A DNA stretch of 64,000 nt from a virus (IMGVR_UViG_3300028591_000126:1-64000), one strand, 5' to 3'. Counted from the first letter of the stretch, positions 1 through 10,121 are shown. Numbers and translations are program-made. Notes: generated by a model from the sequence alone, not told the origin.

Positions 1-1311
1 TACAACAATTGATTTAGGTAAATCCTTATTATTAGCTCTATTTTTTAATTCTAATAATTCATATTCTTGGTTTGTCGCAAAATAATAATCAGATACCTTT
101 GGGGTTGCAGTACCTAAAATTAATGGCACATTATGATATCTAGCTCTAAATTTCGCAACATCAATCGTATCATATCTAGGATTAGATTGTTGAATATATG
201 ATTGATCATGTGCCTCATCAATAATAATTAATCCTAAATCATCTAATTTAGAAAAAATTGCACTTCTCGCTCCAACTACTATTTTAATTTCATGGTTAAT
301 TATCTTTTTCCATTCATCATATTTTTCTTTTGGAGTTAATCTAGAATGTAATACAGCGATATTTTCTTTAAATGTATCATATAAGATTTGTGTAACCTGA
401 GGTGTTAAAGAAATTTCAGGAACTAATAAAATAGCCCTTTTACCTTTTTTAACCACTTCATTTATCCAATATAAATATAATAATGTTTTACCACTACCTG
501 TAATACCATGTAATAAATATGTTTTATATTCATCAAAATTTATTTTATCAAATACCTTTTGTTGATCAGAATTTAAAGGTAACATTTTATTTTCGTGATA
601 AATAATTTCTTTTTTATTATCATTTATTAATATTTCTATTACTTTTTCATTTACTAATTCTTCAATTTTAGATTTTGTAAATGAAAAATCAGATAATATA
701 GAATTATAATCAACAGGATCTTTAGCTTCTTCTAAATATTTAATTAAATTCTTAATCTTCAAGCTTCTTGTTTTATAACTAGGATTTAATAATCTAATTA
801 ATTTAGGTCTATCATCTTTAACATCAGCTATCTTTGTTTCAATACTAACTAAATTATTTTTATAAGCCCTAAAAATTATTTTTTGATTCTCTTTAGATAA
901 ATTATCAATTATTATTTCTTTTCTTTTGAATAAACTCTTTAATTCATCATTTGGATTATCAATTAATAATTTAGCAACCTTTTTATATTTAATTTTCAAG
1001 CTCTTTGGAATCATCGCATCTAAGATTGTTGCATAATATGTAAAATAATTTGATGAAATATATTTAGCTATTTCAATAAATTCTTTATTCAAAATAGGTA
1101 TAACATCAACTATTTCAATTATTTCTTTTAATCTTTCAACTTCAGTTTCATTTTTAAGATTAATTACATAAGCAACTCTTAGAGTATTTCCAAAAGGTAC
1201 CTTTACTCTTAAACCAATATCAATAATATCTTCTAGATATGATGGCACAATATAATCAAAAGTCTTATTAATTTGTTTATTTTGAATATCAATAACAACT
1301 TCAGCAATCAT
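1..1311 (-). CDS. priA: Primosomal protein N' (runs off the left edge)
   Basis: Starts MIAEVVIDIQNKQINKTFDYIVP; contains LLHGITGSGKT, LVPEISLTPQ, IIIDEAHD and LGTATP motifs. Confidence 0.93.
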   Translation of the reverse strand, partial: MIAEVVIDIQNKQINKTFDYIVPSYLEDIIDIGLRVKVPFGNTLRVAYVINLKNETEVERLKEIIEIVDVIPILNKEFIEIAKYISSNYFTYYATILDAMIPKSLKIKYKKVAKLLIDNPNDELKSLFKRKEIIIDNLSKENQKIIFRAYKNNLVSIETKIADVKDDRPKLIRLLNPSYKTRSLKIKNLIKYLEEAKDPVDYNSILSDFSFTKSKIEELVNEKVIEILINDNKKEIIYHENKMLPLNSDQQKVFDKINFDEYKTYLLHGITGSGKTLLYLYWINEVVKKGKRAILLVPEISLTPQVTQILYDTFKENIAVLHSRLTPKEKYDEWKKIINHEIKIVVGARSAIFSKLDDLGLIIIDEAHDQSYIQQSNPRYDTIDVAKFRARYHNVPLILGTATPKVSDYYFATNQEYELLELKNRANNKDLPKSIVV

Positions 1312-1335
1312 ATATCATCACCACCTTAAAAAATT

Positions 1336-1360
1336 AAAAAAGCCATAATAATGGCCTTTT
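1336..1360 (-). terminator. Intrinsic terminator (riboswitch expression platform)
   Basis: GGCCAT-TATT-ATGGCT hairpin followed by a U-run, between the SAM aptamer and priA. Confidence 0.7.
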
Positions 1361-1364
1361 AATT

Positions 1365-1452
1365 AATGCCATCAATCAAGTATTAGCACCTTGCATATTG
1401 TAGGTTGCTTGGTATTCAATGGGCTTGTCCCTCCTACCATCTATATGACAAT
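1365..1452 (-). promoter_or_regulatory. SAM-I family riboswitch
   Basis: Minus strand reads GGAGGGACAAGCCCATTGAATACCAAGCAACC...AAGGTGCTAA, matching the S-box pattern GAGGGA..GCCC..GAA..GCAACC..GGTGCTAA. Confidence 0.8.
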
Positions 1453-1491
1453 TAAATTATATATTTAAATTTATTATTTTACAATAAAAAT

Positions 1492-2724
1492 TTAAAATAA
1501 TGTAACATGTTCTCGAACTCTCATATCTATTAGTCCAAAGGCTGATAATGGTCTTGTCATAGCCTTTAATACTATAAATAATAAAATAGTTTGAGGTAAT
1601 AAATAAATTAAATTCTTAGGTAAAGAAATAACAGTAACATATGTCAAGTAAGCATCAAATGTGAAATTATTAATAATACCCCACCACAATGAACCAAAAA
1701 TAACATTAGTTACTAAATTAACAAACAATCTTGCGTATAAGCATTTATTAAATGTAAGTTTTGTTTTATAAAAAAATATTCCATAAACGAATCCAGCAGT
1801 CATCGCATCAAGTGTATAACCTATAAAGAATGCTTGTCCACCTTGTGGAAATATAAAATATCCTAAAACATCACTAAAGGCTCCAATTACAAGTCCAGCT
1901 ACAGGTCCATATATCATTGCGATAATCGCGAAGAATAAATATGTAAAGCCTAATCCTAAGGCTCCAAATCCTGATGGTAAATTAATCATCTTCATTAATA
2001 ACATCATACCAAATAACATTGCCAATATTGTTAAATCTCTAACATTTTTAAAACATTTTAAGCTACCAGCCCAATATTTTTTATGAAATGGAGTTTTAAA
2101 AATATTTTCATTATCAGAAATATCATCAAAATAATCTTCATTTTTACCTTTAGATAAAATAAAGAAAAAAGCAATAGATAATAATAACATTGATACTGCA
2201 GTAACTCCTCCATAAAAATATGGATCATTATAACTAACTAAATTAAAATCAGATATTATTTCAACATTATATTTAGGTGCGTATTCACCATCAGCTGGTT
2301 TTGTTAATACAGCTGTAATACTATTTTTACATTTAGTAATACCTTCTGATACCTTTAATGTTGAAGATACAAATGTATCAGAGAAATACTTTTTAGTAAT
2401 TCTAATTCTATATTCATTGTTACCTAATTCTTCTATTTTTATATTTTTAGCAATTGTTGTATAGTCTGCAGAACTTGTATAAGATATTTTTTTGTCTTTG
2501 TTAAGAGTATTGTAAGATTTTAAATCTTCAATTCTAGATTCAAAATATTCTTGATTAAATACTAGATTTGTCGCTACATCAGTTTTGATTGTAGTTTCAT
2601 AATAAGAAAAGTTATTATTAATAATAAAGCTTGTTACAAAAAAACCAGCTAAAAATCCAATAATAACAAATACTAAAAATGCTACCTTATATTTCCATAA
2701 GGCATATAATGTTTTATTTCTCAT
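1492..2724 (-). CDS. Folate ECF transporter S component (FolT-like) with an N-terminal membrane-anchored extension of about 225 aa
   Basis: C-terminal part has S-component motifs (AMIYGPVAGLVIGAFSDVLGY, FFIGYTL); lies directly below a THF riboswitch. Confidence 0.8.
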   Translation of the reverse strand: MRNKTLYALWKYKVAFLVFVIIGFLAGFFVTSFIINNNFSYYETTIKTDVATNLVFNQEYFESRIEDLKSYNTLNKDKKISYTSSADYTTIAKNIKIEELGNNEYRIRITKKYFSDTFVSSTLKVSEGITKCKNSITAVLTKPADGEYAPKYNVEIISDFNLVSYNDPYFYGGVTAVSMLLLSIAFFFILSKGKNEDYFDDISDNENIFKTPFHKKYWAGSLKCFKNVRDLTILAMLFGMMLLMKMINLPSGFGALGLGFTYLFFAIIAMIYGPVAGLVIGAFSDVLGYFIFPQGGQAFFIGYTLDAMTAGFVYGIFFYKTKLTFNKCLYARLFVNLVTNVIFGSLWWGIINNFTFDAYLTYVTVISLPKNLIYLLPQTILLFIVLKAMTRPLSAFGLIDMRVREHVTLF

Positions 2725-2768
2725 AAAAAAAGGCCTCCATATAATAGAGCCCCACCATATAAAATAAT

Positions 2769-2860
2769 ACAGCGGACGCGCAAAGATACCGCCACATTTA
2801 GTGTTCGTCCATACCCAACATCCCGTGATATGGCACTTAACGCATACTTTGCTACTCTGT
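2769..2860 (-). promoter_or_regulatory. THF riboswitch
   Basis: ACAGAGTAG...GCGTTAAGTG...GGGATG...ACGAA...GCGGT...GCGTCCGCTGT matches the THF aptamer consensus; a downstream hairpin covers the GGAGG RBS. Confidence 0.85.
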
Positions 2861-2940
2861 TTTTAAAATACTCACTTATTATATCAATTAAAGAAATAAT
2901 AATCAAGAAAAAAAGGAACTAGTTAAACTAGTTCCAAATT

Positions 2941-3174
2941 TTACATTGATTCATGAATTGTACGACTAATAACGTCGTCTTGTTGTTCCTTTGTTAATTT
3001 AATAAAATTAACAGCATATCCAGAAACTCTAATAGTTAATTGTGGATATTTTTCAGGATGAGCTTGTGCATCTAATAATGTATCACGATTAAATACATTA
3101 ACATTTAAATGATAACCACCATCTGATACATAAGTATCTAACATTTGTACTAAATTATCTACTCTATTTGACAT
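2941..3174 (-). CDS. Stand-alone glycyl radical domain (PFL C-terminus / GrcA-like)
   Basis: GYHLNVNV...[13 protein letters not shown] glycyl radical motif; has its own AGGAGG RBS. Confidence 0.9.
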   Translation of the reverse strand: MSNRVDNLVQMLDTYVSDGGYHLNVNVFNRDTLLDAQAHPEKYPQLTIRVSGYAVNFIKLTKEQQDDVISRTIHESM

Positions 3175-3191
3175 AATTTAACCCTCCTAAA

Positions 3192-5234
3192 TTAGTCTTC
3201 ATCTTTACCTAAAGAAGCTGGAGTAATTGAGAATGTATTTGAAATACCATCTCTTGAATACTCATATGGAAGCTTAGCAACTGATTCAAGTGAAGCTAAA
3301 GCACCATGAGAATCTCTACCATGCATTGGGTTAGCACCTGGAGCTAAAGGTTGTCCTGCTCTTCTTCCATCTGGAGTATTACCAGTCTTCTTTCCGTAAA
3401 CTACGTTTGATGTAATTGTTAAAATTGACATTGTTGGTTCTGAATCACGATAAGTATAATGCTTTCTAATCTTATTCATGAAAGTCTTAACAAGCCATAC
3501 AGCAATTTCATCAACTCTATCATCATTATTACCATATTTAGGGAAATCTCCCTCAGTCTTAAAATCAACTATAATTCCAAATTCATTTCTAATTGGAGTA
3601 ACCTTAGCATATTTAATTGCAGATAATGAATCAACTGCACAAGATAAACCTGCTATACCAGTTGCGAAATATCTATGAACCTTTGTATCATGTAAAGCCA
3701 TTTCTAAAGCTTCATATGAATATTTATCATGCATATAATGAATTAGATTTAATGTATTAACATATAATCCAGCTAACCATTCCATCATTTGTTCATATTT
3801 ATCTATAACTTCATCATACTTAAGTGGATCATTTGAAGTAATTGCTTCAAATTTAGGAGATACTTGAAGAGGCTTTCCAGTCTTCTTATCAAGCATTAAT
3901 TCATCCTTACCACCATTCATTGCATATAATAAGCATTTAGCTAAATTAGCACGTGCTCCAAAGAATTGCATATCCTTACCCATTCTCATAGATGATACAC
4001 AACATGCAATACAGTAATCATCACCCATTTCAGGTCTCATTAATTCATCTGATTCATATTGAATTGCAGAAGTTCTAATTGATAAATCAGCACAGAACTT
4101 CTTGAAATTCATAGGTAATCTCTTAGCCCATAAAACTGTTAAATTTGGTTCAGGGGCAGGTCCTAAATTATCAAGAGTATGTAATACACGGAATGAATTT
4201 TTAGTTACTAATGTTCTACCATCAGTACCCATACCACCAATTGATTCAGTTACCCAAGTTGGATCTCCTGAGAATAATTCATTATAAGATTGAATTCTCA
4301 TGAATTTAACAATACGAAGCTTCATAATGAAATGATCCATTAATTCTTGTGCTTCAGATTCAGTTAAAATACCCTTCTTTAAATCACGTTCAATATAAAT
4401 ATCTAAGAATGTTGAATTACGACCAATTGACATAGCTGCGCCATTTTGATCCTTTACAGCACCTAAATATCCAAAATATAAAGCTTGGATAGCTTCTTGA
4501 GCTGTTTTAGCAGGTTCTGAAATATCAATACCATAAGATAATGCCATTTCCTTTAATTGCTTTAAAGCTTTAATTTGATCAGATATTTCTTCTCTATCTC
4601 TTACCTTATCTGGTGTCATTTCTCCATCAATTAAGCTCTTATCTAATTCCTTATGTCTAATTAAATAATCAACACCATATAAAGCTAATCTTCTATAGTC
4701 ACCAACGATTCTACCTCTACCATAAGTATCAGGTAAACCAGTTAAAATATGAGATGAACGTGCAGCACGCATCTCAGGTGTATATGCATCATAAACACCT
4801 TCATTATGAGTTTTACGATATTTAGTAAAGATTTCTTCTACTCTATCAGATACCTTATAACCATACATTTCACAAGCTTGTGTAGCCATTTTAATACCAC
4901 CAAATGGTTGTAAGCTTCTCTTGAATGGTTCATCAGTTTGTAAACCAACTATCTTTTCTAAATTTTTATCAAGATATCCAGGCTTATGGCTTGTTAATGT
5001 AGAAATAATATCTGTATCTGCATTTAAAACGCCACCAGCAGCTCTTTCCTTATCTTGTAAATCTCTAACAATTTTCCATAACTTCTTTGTAGCCTCAGTA
5101 GGTCCAGCTAAAAATGAGCTATCGCCCTCATATGGAGTATAGTTTCTTTGAATGAAATCACGAACATTTACTTCATCATTTGACCATTTGCCTAAGACAA
5201 ATCCTTCCCAACCTAAATAAAAAATATCTGACAT
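3192..5234 (-). CDS. pflB: Pyruvate formate-lyase lacking the glycyl radical C-terminal domain
   Basis: [34 protein letters not shown] active-site cysteines, [10 protein letters not shown]. Confidence 0.95.
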   Translation of the reverse strand: MSDIFYLGWEGFVLGKWSNDEVNVRDFIQRNYTPYEGDSSFLAGPTEATKKLWKIVRDLQDKERAAGGVLNADTDIISTLTSHKPGYLDKNLEKIVGLQTDEPFKRSLQPFGGIKMATQACEMYGYKVSDRVEEIFTKYRKTHNEGVYDAYTPEMRAARSSHILTGLPDTYGRGRIVGDYRRLALYGVDYLIRHKELDKSLIDGEMTPDKVRDREEISDQIKALKQLKEMALSYGIDISEPAKTAQEAIQALYFGYLGAVKDQNGAAMSIGRNSTFLDIYIERDLKKGILTESEAQELMDHFIMKLRIVKFMRIQSYNELFSGDPTWVTESIGGMGTDGRTLVTKNSFRVLHTLDNLGPAPEPNLTVLWAKRLPMNFKKFCADLSIRTSAIQYESDELMRPEMGDDYCIACCVSSMRMGKDMQFFGARANLAKCLLYAMNGGKDELMLDKKTGKPLQVSPKFEAITSNDPLKYDEVIDKYEQMMEWLAGLYVNTLNLIHYMHDKYSYEALEMALHDTKVHRYFATGIAGLSCAVDSLSAIKYAKVTPIRNEFGIIVDFKTEGDFPKYGNNDDRVDEIAVWLVKTFMNKIRKHYTYRDSEPTMSILTITSNVVYGKKTGNTPDGRRAGQPLAPGANPMHGRDSHGALASLESVAKLPYEYSRDGISNTFSITPASLGKDED

Positions 5235-5366
5235 AAGAATACCTCCAAGTTACCCAAAGATAAATAAAACAGACTAAAAAATTTAATCTGTTTTAACTAG
5301 TGGGTATTTATTTTAGCATTAAATTTAGAGAATGAATTGTAATAATTACAACTAGTAAAATAGCTG

Positions 5367-5654
5367 TTAAAATATACATGATTTTTTCTCCTTTAAACCA
5401 TAGTTTTTTCTTGCTTCAAGCTCTTGAGCTTTATTAATATACCAATCTGATTTTGCTAAATCTTGTTCAGTATTATCTTTATGCCCCGCTCTATATCTAT
5501 ATTTCCATGCATTACATTTACAAAAAGCAATAACTGCATCAATACCAAAAACTACTTCTAATTCATCAATACATTCCATAGTGTGAGTACTATAGTGATC
5601 AGGATGATTTACAATTTTTGAAATTTCTGCATCATTTAGCTTAATATCTTCCAT
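5367..5654 (-). CDS. DUF3310-family phage protein
   Basis: VNHPDHY...ECID...FCKCNAWKYRYRAGHK...DLAKSDWY pattern. Confidence 0.8.
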   Translation of the reverse strand: MEDIKLNDAEISKIVNHPDHYSTHTMECIDELEVVFGIDAVIAFCKCNAWKYRYRAGHKDNTEQDLAKSDWYINKAQELEARKNYGLKEKKSCIF

Positions 5655-6349
5655 ATTACTTTTCCTTTCTTAAATAAATTACTCCACCATTTGGAATTAA
5701 ACTTAGATGATCTACAATACAATCATAATATTTCTCATCCACTTTTGTTATTTGGATTAATTCACCATTAATTTTAACAAATGTAGCAGATTTAGGATTA
5801 AATGGTTTCATATAGTCTTTTAACTTAATATCAGCTTCTTTAAATCTTTTATTATACTCTATAACACTCATATACTTTGACATTAGTTAAGCTCCTTTTG
5901 AGTTTCCTTATCTAATAAATAAATAACTCCACCAATTTTACCATTAACATTTATTAATTCTCTTTTATAAACATAATAATCTAAATATTTTTCATCTATA
6001 TTCTCTGAGCTAACTAACTCACCATTTATCTTTACAAATGTTAATGGATCTGGTGCAGAATTATTAAAGTATTGTTTTAACTTAATTTTTCTCTCCGTAT
6101 AATACAATGGACTTTTCATCATAGCTTATACTCCTATCTTTCTTTAAATATACAATAAAATATGTATATAATCAGTTCTAATTTGTCTTTATTGATATAA
6201 AATTTGTCATTTTTTGACACTTTATTCTAGCCATATATAAATTGCTATCTGACAAAAATAAACTCATTAAAACTAAAAAATAAAAAGGCCGAAAATTATC
6301 GACCTTCATTTATTTTACCTCAGAAATTTTTATTTATTTTTTTATTTTA

Positions 6350-6781
6350 TTAATACCAGAAATCATACCAGAAATGTCTGAAAGCTTTTCTAGTTTCTTC
6401 CATATCATTAAAGAAATCTTCTAATGATTTTTGCTTTACTTCTTCGACTTGGAATTCAACATTATCTCCATCACGTCTATAAGTTAAATGATAACCTTGA
6501 TGCTTATCTGCAAAATCATCTAATTCTTTCTTATATGCATCATAAGCTTCTTGTTCTGTTTTCTTTAATTCAGCACGCTTTTCATTATTTTCTTTAACTA
6601 ACTTTAAATAATCATTTGCAGCTGTATTAATTTTAGCTAATTCTTGTTTCTTTTCAGCTAATGCAACTTCTTTCTTTGCATTATCTGTTTTTACCTTTGC
6701 TTCAGCTTCTTCAAGCTCTTTAACATCAGTAAATTCTTTTCCTTCTAATTCTTTTAATTCAGATTTGTAATATGTTTTCAT
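6350..6781 (-). CDS. Coiled-coil hypothetical protein
   Basis: ORF with AAGGAG RBS; E/K-rich heptads. Confidence 0.7.
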   Translation of the reverse strand: MKTYYKSELKELEGKEFTDVKELEEAEAKVKTDNAKKEVALAEKKQELAKINTAANDYLKLVKENNEKRAELKKTEQEAYDAYKKELDDFADKHQGYHLTYRRDGDNVEFQVEEVKQKSLEDFFNDMEETRKAFRHFWYDFWY

Positions 6782-6954
6782 TTTCTAATTCTCCTTTTAA
6801 TTATAATATCATATTTTTGGAATCCTATTTCCAAATTAATTTGACATCAATGATAACATAACTGAGGTGCTTATGCACATTGGTATTAAATTATACAATT
6901 TTTTGTACAGATATTTTCTCTCTGCACCTATAATTTAGCATTAATTTTAATGCC

Positions 6955-7821
6955 TTACCATAAGAAAATTTCCTCTTTATCATTCTTTTTTACATACTTA
7001 ACTAAAACATTATTTCCAAAAATCTCCAGGTCTTCTTTAGAAATTTTAATAATTCCTTTATCATAATCTATAACTTCAGGACTTGTCCAGAAAGACTTTT
7101 TATCTGGATTTACCCATGTAACACTAAATCTATCATCAATTCCATTAACTAAAACTGCCTGTCTGGTCTCTGGGTCAAACTTAGCATATTCTTCAACCTC
7201 TCTTCCTGCTGGATTATAATATTTTAAAACTACTTTTCGATAATGTTCAGCTAATTGTTGTCTATAATAGTCTGTTGTAGAACGCAACCAACCATGTTTT
7301 AAAGCTTGATCTTCTTCTTCATCAACATAGCTTCTGTCAGATATCCATACTTTTTGTGTATCTCCATTACAAACGGCAGCTGAGACTGTATAAGGATAAT
7401 AAGGAAGTAAATCTAATAAAGATTTAAAATGAATTTCCTTTACAATATAGACATGCTTTTTGTTAATTTCTCTTAAAGACTTATACTCTTTATCAAAATA
7501 CATATAAGTATAATAAGTTATTTCTTTTTCACCAGACTTTGTTCTTTTATCTGATATCTTTTTAGTATGCTTAAGTACTTTAAAATAATCACAATGTTCT
7601 GCTATAAAGTCTTGGTTGAATTCAGTAACTTCAACTCTTAGATGTTGATACAAAGTTCCATTGGTTTTCTTTTTAAAAGCTAAAAAATCTTGATATTCAT
7701 CTGAATAATAAACTCTAACACCATCGGTGCCAAATTTTACTGGGTTACCATTTTTGTCATACCAGCCACCTTGTCCGGCAAGATGGTCTGCTAAATCACA
7801 TTTTCCGCTATAAATAGACAT
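6955..7821 (-). CDS. Hypothetical phage protein
   Basis: 288-aa ORF with AAGGAG RBS. Confidence 0.7.
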   Translation of the reverse strand: MSIYSGKCDLADHLAGQGGWYDKNGNPVKFGTDGVRVYYSDEYQDFLAFKKKTNGTLYQHLRVEVTEFNQDFIAEHCDYFKVLKHTKKISDKRTKSGEKEITYYTYMYFDKEYKSLREINKKHVYIVKEIHFKSLLDLLPYYPYTVSAAVCNGDTQKVWISDRSYVDEEEDQALKHGWLRSTTDYYRQQLAEHYRKVVLKYYNPAGREVEEYAKFDPETRQAVLVNGIDDRFSVTWVNPDKKSFWTSPEVIDYDKGIIKISKEDLEIFGNNVLVKYVKKNDKEEIFLW

Positions 7822-7903
7822 ATAAAATTCTCCTTTCGCCTTTTAGGCTATAAAATTGAGCTTTTGGCTCTACTTAACTCTATTTATATATACAATTTTA
7901 AAA

Positions 7904-8545
7904 TTATTTTTTATTTAATTTATGTTCTGTTGCTTTATCAATAGTCATTCTATGAATTGAATCTACTTTAGAAAAAGTACCGTCTTTAATTAATTTTAAT
8001 AAAGATACTGGTGTGTAGTCAATATATTCAGCACAAATATTTAATGATCTATCTGTAGAATTATTATATGCATGAAAATGACCATGTATATTAAAAGCAT
8101 ATGGAATATCAATTGGCTCATGGGATAATAATATCTTTTCTGCAATCCAAACTGGGCCAGAATATACTTCGTCAAATAAATGATTGTCAATATATTTTTC
8201 TTCTAATTCATGTGTATTACAATTAAAATTACATTGAACATATTTTCCTCTTTTATAGAAATCATCACCTTTATCGTCATGATTACCCTTGATTAATACC
8301 TTATAACCAGCTCTTATCTTTGAAATAAAAGAAATATCTGAAATGTCACCTAAAAAAATTATTAAATCCTTTTTGCCAATCTTAGCATTGATTCTTTTAA
8401 CTTGTTCCTCATCAGAAATATAATTCTTTCTTAAATAAACCATTTCTGGGTCCGAAAAATGCGGATCCGCGTATAACCAAATGTTGTTAAATTCTAGCCA
8501 ATGTTTAAAACAAGGATATAATTTTATCTTTAACATATCGATCAC
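7904..8545 (-). CDS. Calcineurin-like metallophosphoesterase
   Basis: DPH, LGD, GNHD, SHEP and HGHFH motifs. Confidence 0.85.
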   Translation of the reverse strand: MIDMLKIKLYPCFKHWLEFNNIWLYADPHFSDPEMVYLRKNYISDEEQVKRINAKIGKKDLIIFLGDISDISFISKIRAGYKVLIKGNHDDKGDDFYKRGKYVQCNFNCNTHELEEKYIDNHLFDEVYSGPVWIAEKILLSHEPIDIPYAFNIHGHFHAYNNSTDRSLNICAEYIDYTPVSLLKLIKDGTFSKVDSIHRMTIDKATEHKLNKK

Positions 8546-8601
8546 CTCTTATCTTATATGGTTAAAAAACTATTCAATTAAGAATAGCTTTTTGTTTTTA
8601 C

Positions 8602-8902
8602 TGGCAGGGGTCGTCGGTAGTCGCACCGACGCATGCGGGTTTGCGTACCACTATAACTTTCGTTACCATTTCTGTTTGTGGTCTGGACTATATCTTAGCC
8701 ATGACTTTCATTTTAGGCTGAGGATCATCTAGTCTCTACGGGTGAACTTATCTTCCCTCGGTATTGCCATTTTACAGGTTTCACCGATATTATCCTCTCC
8801 ACTTATAAAGTTTCCTTTATAAGGCACCAACCTTTGCTAATTGTTCTTTATTTTTGAACTAGCCGGGTAAAGTCCGCTGTTCTACTCTTAAACCAGACCC
8901 CT
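8602..8902 (-). tRNA. tRNA-Trp(UCA), opal-decoding, interrupted by a group I intron (exons 8870-8902 and 8602-8643)
   Basis: Acceptor AGGGGUC/GACCCCU with G73 and CCA (Trp-type identity). Exon 1 ends GCGGACUU and exon 2 starts CAAACCCGC, giving loop CU-UCA-AA. Confidence 0.85.
8644..8869 (-). ncRNA. Group I intron (IC3-like, 226 nt, no ORF)
   Basis: P2 CUUAUAAAG-GAAA-CUUUAUAAG; UCGGUGAAACC...GGCAAUACCGAG; GUAGAGACUA and AUAUAGUCC core elements; terminal G. Layout parallels the Azoarcus and Anabaena tRNA introns. Confidence 0.9.
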
Positions 8903-9187
8903 ATATTATACTCTGAATAATAGATTATTTAACACATTTCTATATCCAGATATTTATTTTACATATTAATATACAGTTTACTTATTGCGTTTTTGAGTAT
9001 TTTTATGAAAAATTTTTAAATTATAACATTTATTATAATCATCTTTTTTCATTTTTTTAAATGGATTTAACTTATTAAATGCTTTAATTGATAAAATTAA
9101 AGATAATAATAAGCATACGCTTAAAATAATAAATAATGGAGCATATAATTCCATATAAATCACCTCTTATATAATTAAAAATATTTA

Positions 9188-9268
9188 TGGCTGGAACAGA
9201 AGGATTCGAACCTTCGAGAAAATGTCGGAGTCAAAGTCCGATGTGTTAAACCTCTTCACCATGTTCCA
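9188..9268 (-). tRNA. tRNA-Gln(TTG)
   Basis: Cloverleaf, loop CT-TTG-AC, encoded CCA. Confidence 0.85.
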
Positions 9269-9272
9269 ATAT

Positions 9273-9635
9273 TGGTGGATCTGGGGAGACTCGAACTCCC
9301 GTATTGAAATTTATCCATCTGATTTTCTACATGTTAGTTTATTTACTTAATACTAATTAGCTTGTGAAATAAACAAGAACTTACTAATTCGACTTGAAAA
9401 CCTCAAGTTAGTTGTCTATTTATAATGAACTACTAACTATCTAATAGACATCAATAGTGTTCGTTTCCTAATACTTATTGACTAGGCTAAAGCGTATGCT
9501 CTAGGAGCATTCATTGCAGCTACAGCTGCCATGTTAATATTGTTTGCGTTTATTACAAACCTCGACGTTGTTAACCGAGACTACTCGACATGCTTATCAT
9601 TTTTCAAAACTCCAAGCGAATCCAAAAACAGACCC
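9273..9635 (-). ncRNA. ssrA: tmRNA; tag ORF 9482-9547 ANNINMAAVAAMNAPRAYALA*
   Basis: GGGTCTG...GGATTCG 5' end; GGAGTTCGAGTCTCCCCAGATCCACCA 3' end with G3.U70; resume context ATAAAC-GCA; tag ends YALA. Confidence 0.92.
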
Positions 9636-9656
9636 AAGTTTTTTTTCTTTAATTAT

Positions 9657-9685
9657 ATTATATATTAAATTTATTATTTTGTAAA
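9657..9685 (-). promoter_or_regulatory. SigA-type promoter for tmRNA
   Basis: TTTACA-N17-TATAAT. Confidence 0.7.
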
Positions 9686-9750
9686 TAGCTTAAGTTAAAA
9701 AAACTATTTATTTTTTTCTGGTCGAACTGTTTCATTGATATCTATTTATC

Positions 9751-9827
9751 TGGGGTAGGGTACGGGAATTGAACCCGTGAAATAATAGGGCCACAACCTA
9801 TCGTGTTAACCACTTCACCAACCCTAC
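9751..9827 (-). tRNA. tRNA-His(GTG)
   Basis: Loop TT-GTG-GC, C73, CCA; no encoded G-1. Confidence 0.85.
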
Positions 9828-9876
9828 ATAAATAGATACCATTACGTCAACCTCACCATGTATTGAAGAATTTATT

Positions 9877-9952
9877 TGGTGCCCCTAGTTCGATTCGAAC
9901 GAACACTTTACTGTGCCTAAAACAGTCGACTCTTCCATTGGCCTATAGGGGC
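9877..9952 (-). tRNA. tRNA-Leu(TAG), short variable region
   Basis: Loop TT-TAG-GC, A73, CCA. Confidence 0.8.
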
Positions 9953-9961
9953 ATATATTTT

Positions 9962-10037
9962 TGGCACCGCTGAAATGATTCGAACACTTATCCTGCCAAC
10001 TCGGAATTGGAAATTTTACCAATTAAACTACAGCGAT
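9962..10037 (-). tRNA. tRNA-Arg(CCG)
   Basis: Loop TT-CCG-AG, CCA; some stem mismatches. Confidence 0.7.
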
Positions 10038-10041
10038 ATCC

Positions 10042-10116
10042 TGGTCCTCAACCACCGAATTGAACGGCGATCCACGGAGCTTCAATCCGTTGCTCTCCCA
10101 CTTAAGCTAATTGAGG
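10042..10116 (-). tRNA. tRNA-Phe(GAA)
   Basis: Loop TT-GAA-GC, CCA. Confidence 0.85.
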
Positions 10117-10121
10117 AAATT

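Noticed and set aside
2721-2906. 61-aa ORF in the track
   Set aside because: It overlies the THF riboswitch and has no RBS.
8560-8601. Theta (HDV-like) ribozyme after the suppressor tRNA
   Set aside because: Only a short A-rich spacer and a terminator follow the encoded CCA.
8602-8902. Intron-containing tRNA read as Cys(GCA) or Sec(UCA)
   Set aside because: GCA would need the intron to end in C and the tRNA to have U73, and a separate Cys tRNA exists. Sec needs a long variable arm and an extended acceptor stem, both absent.
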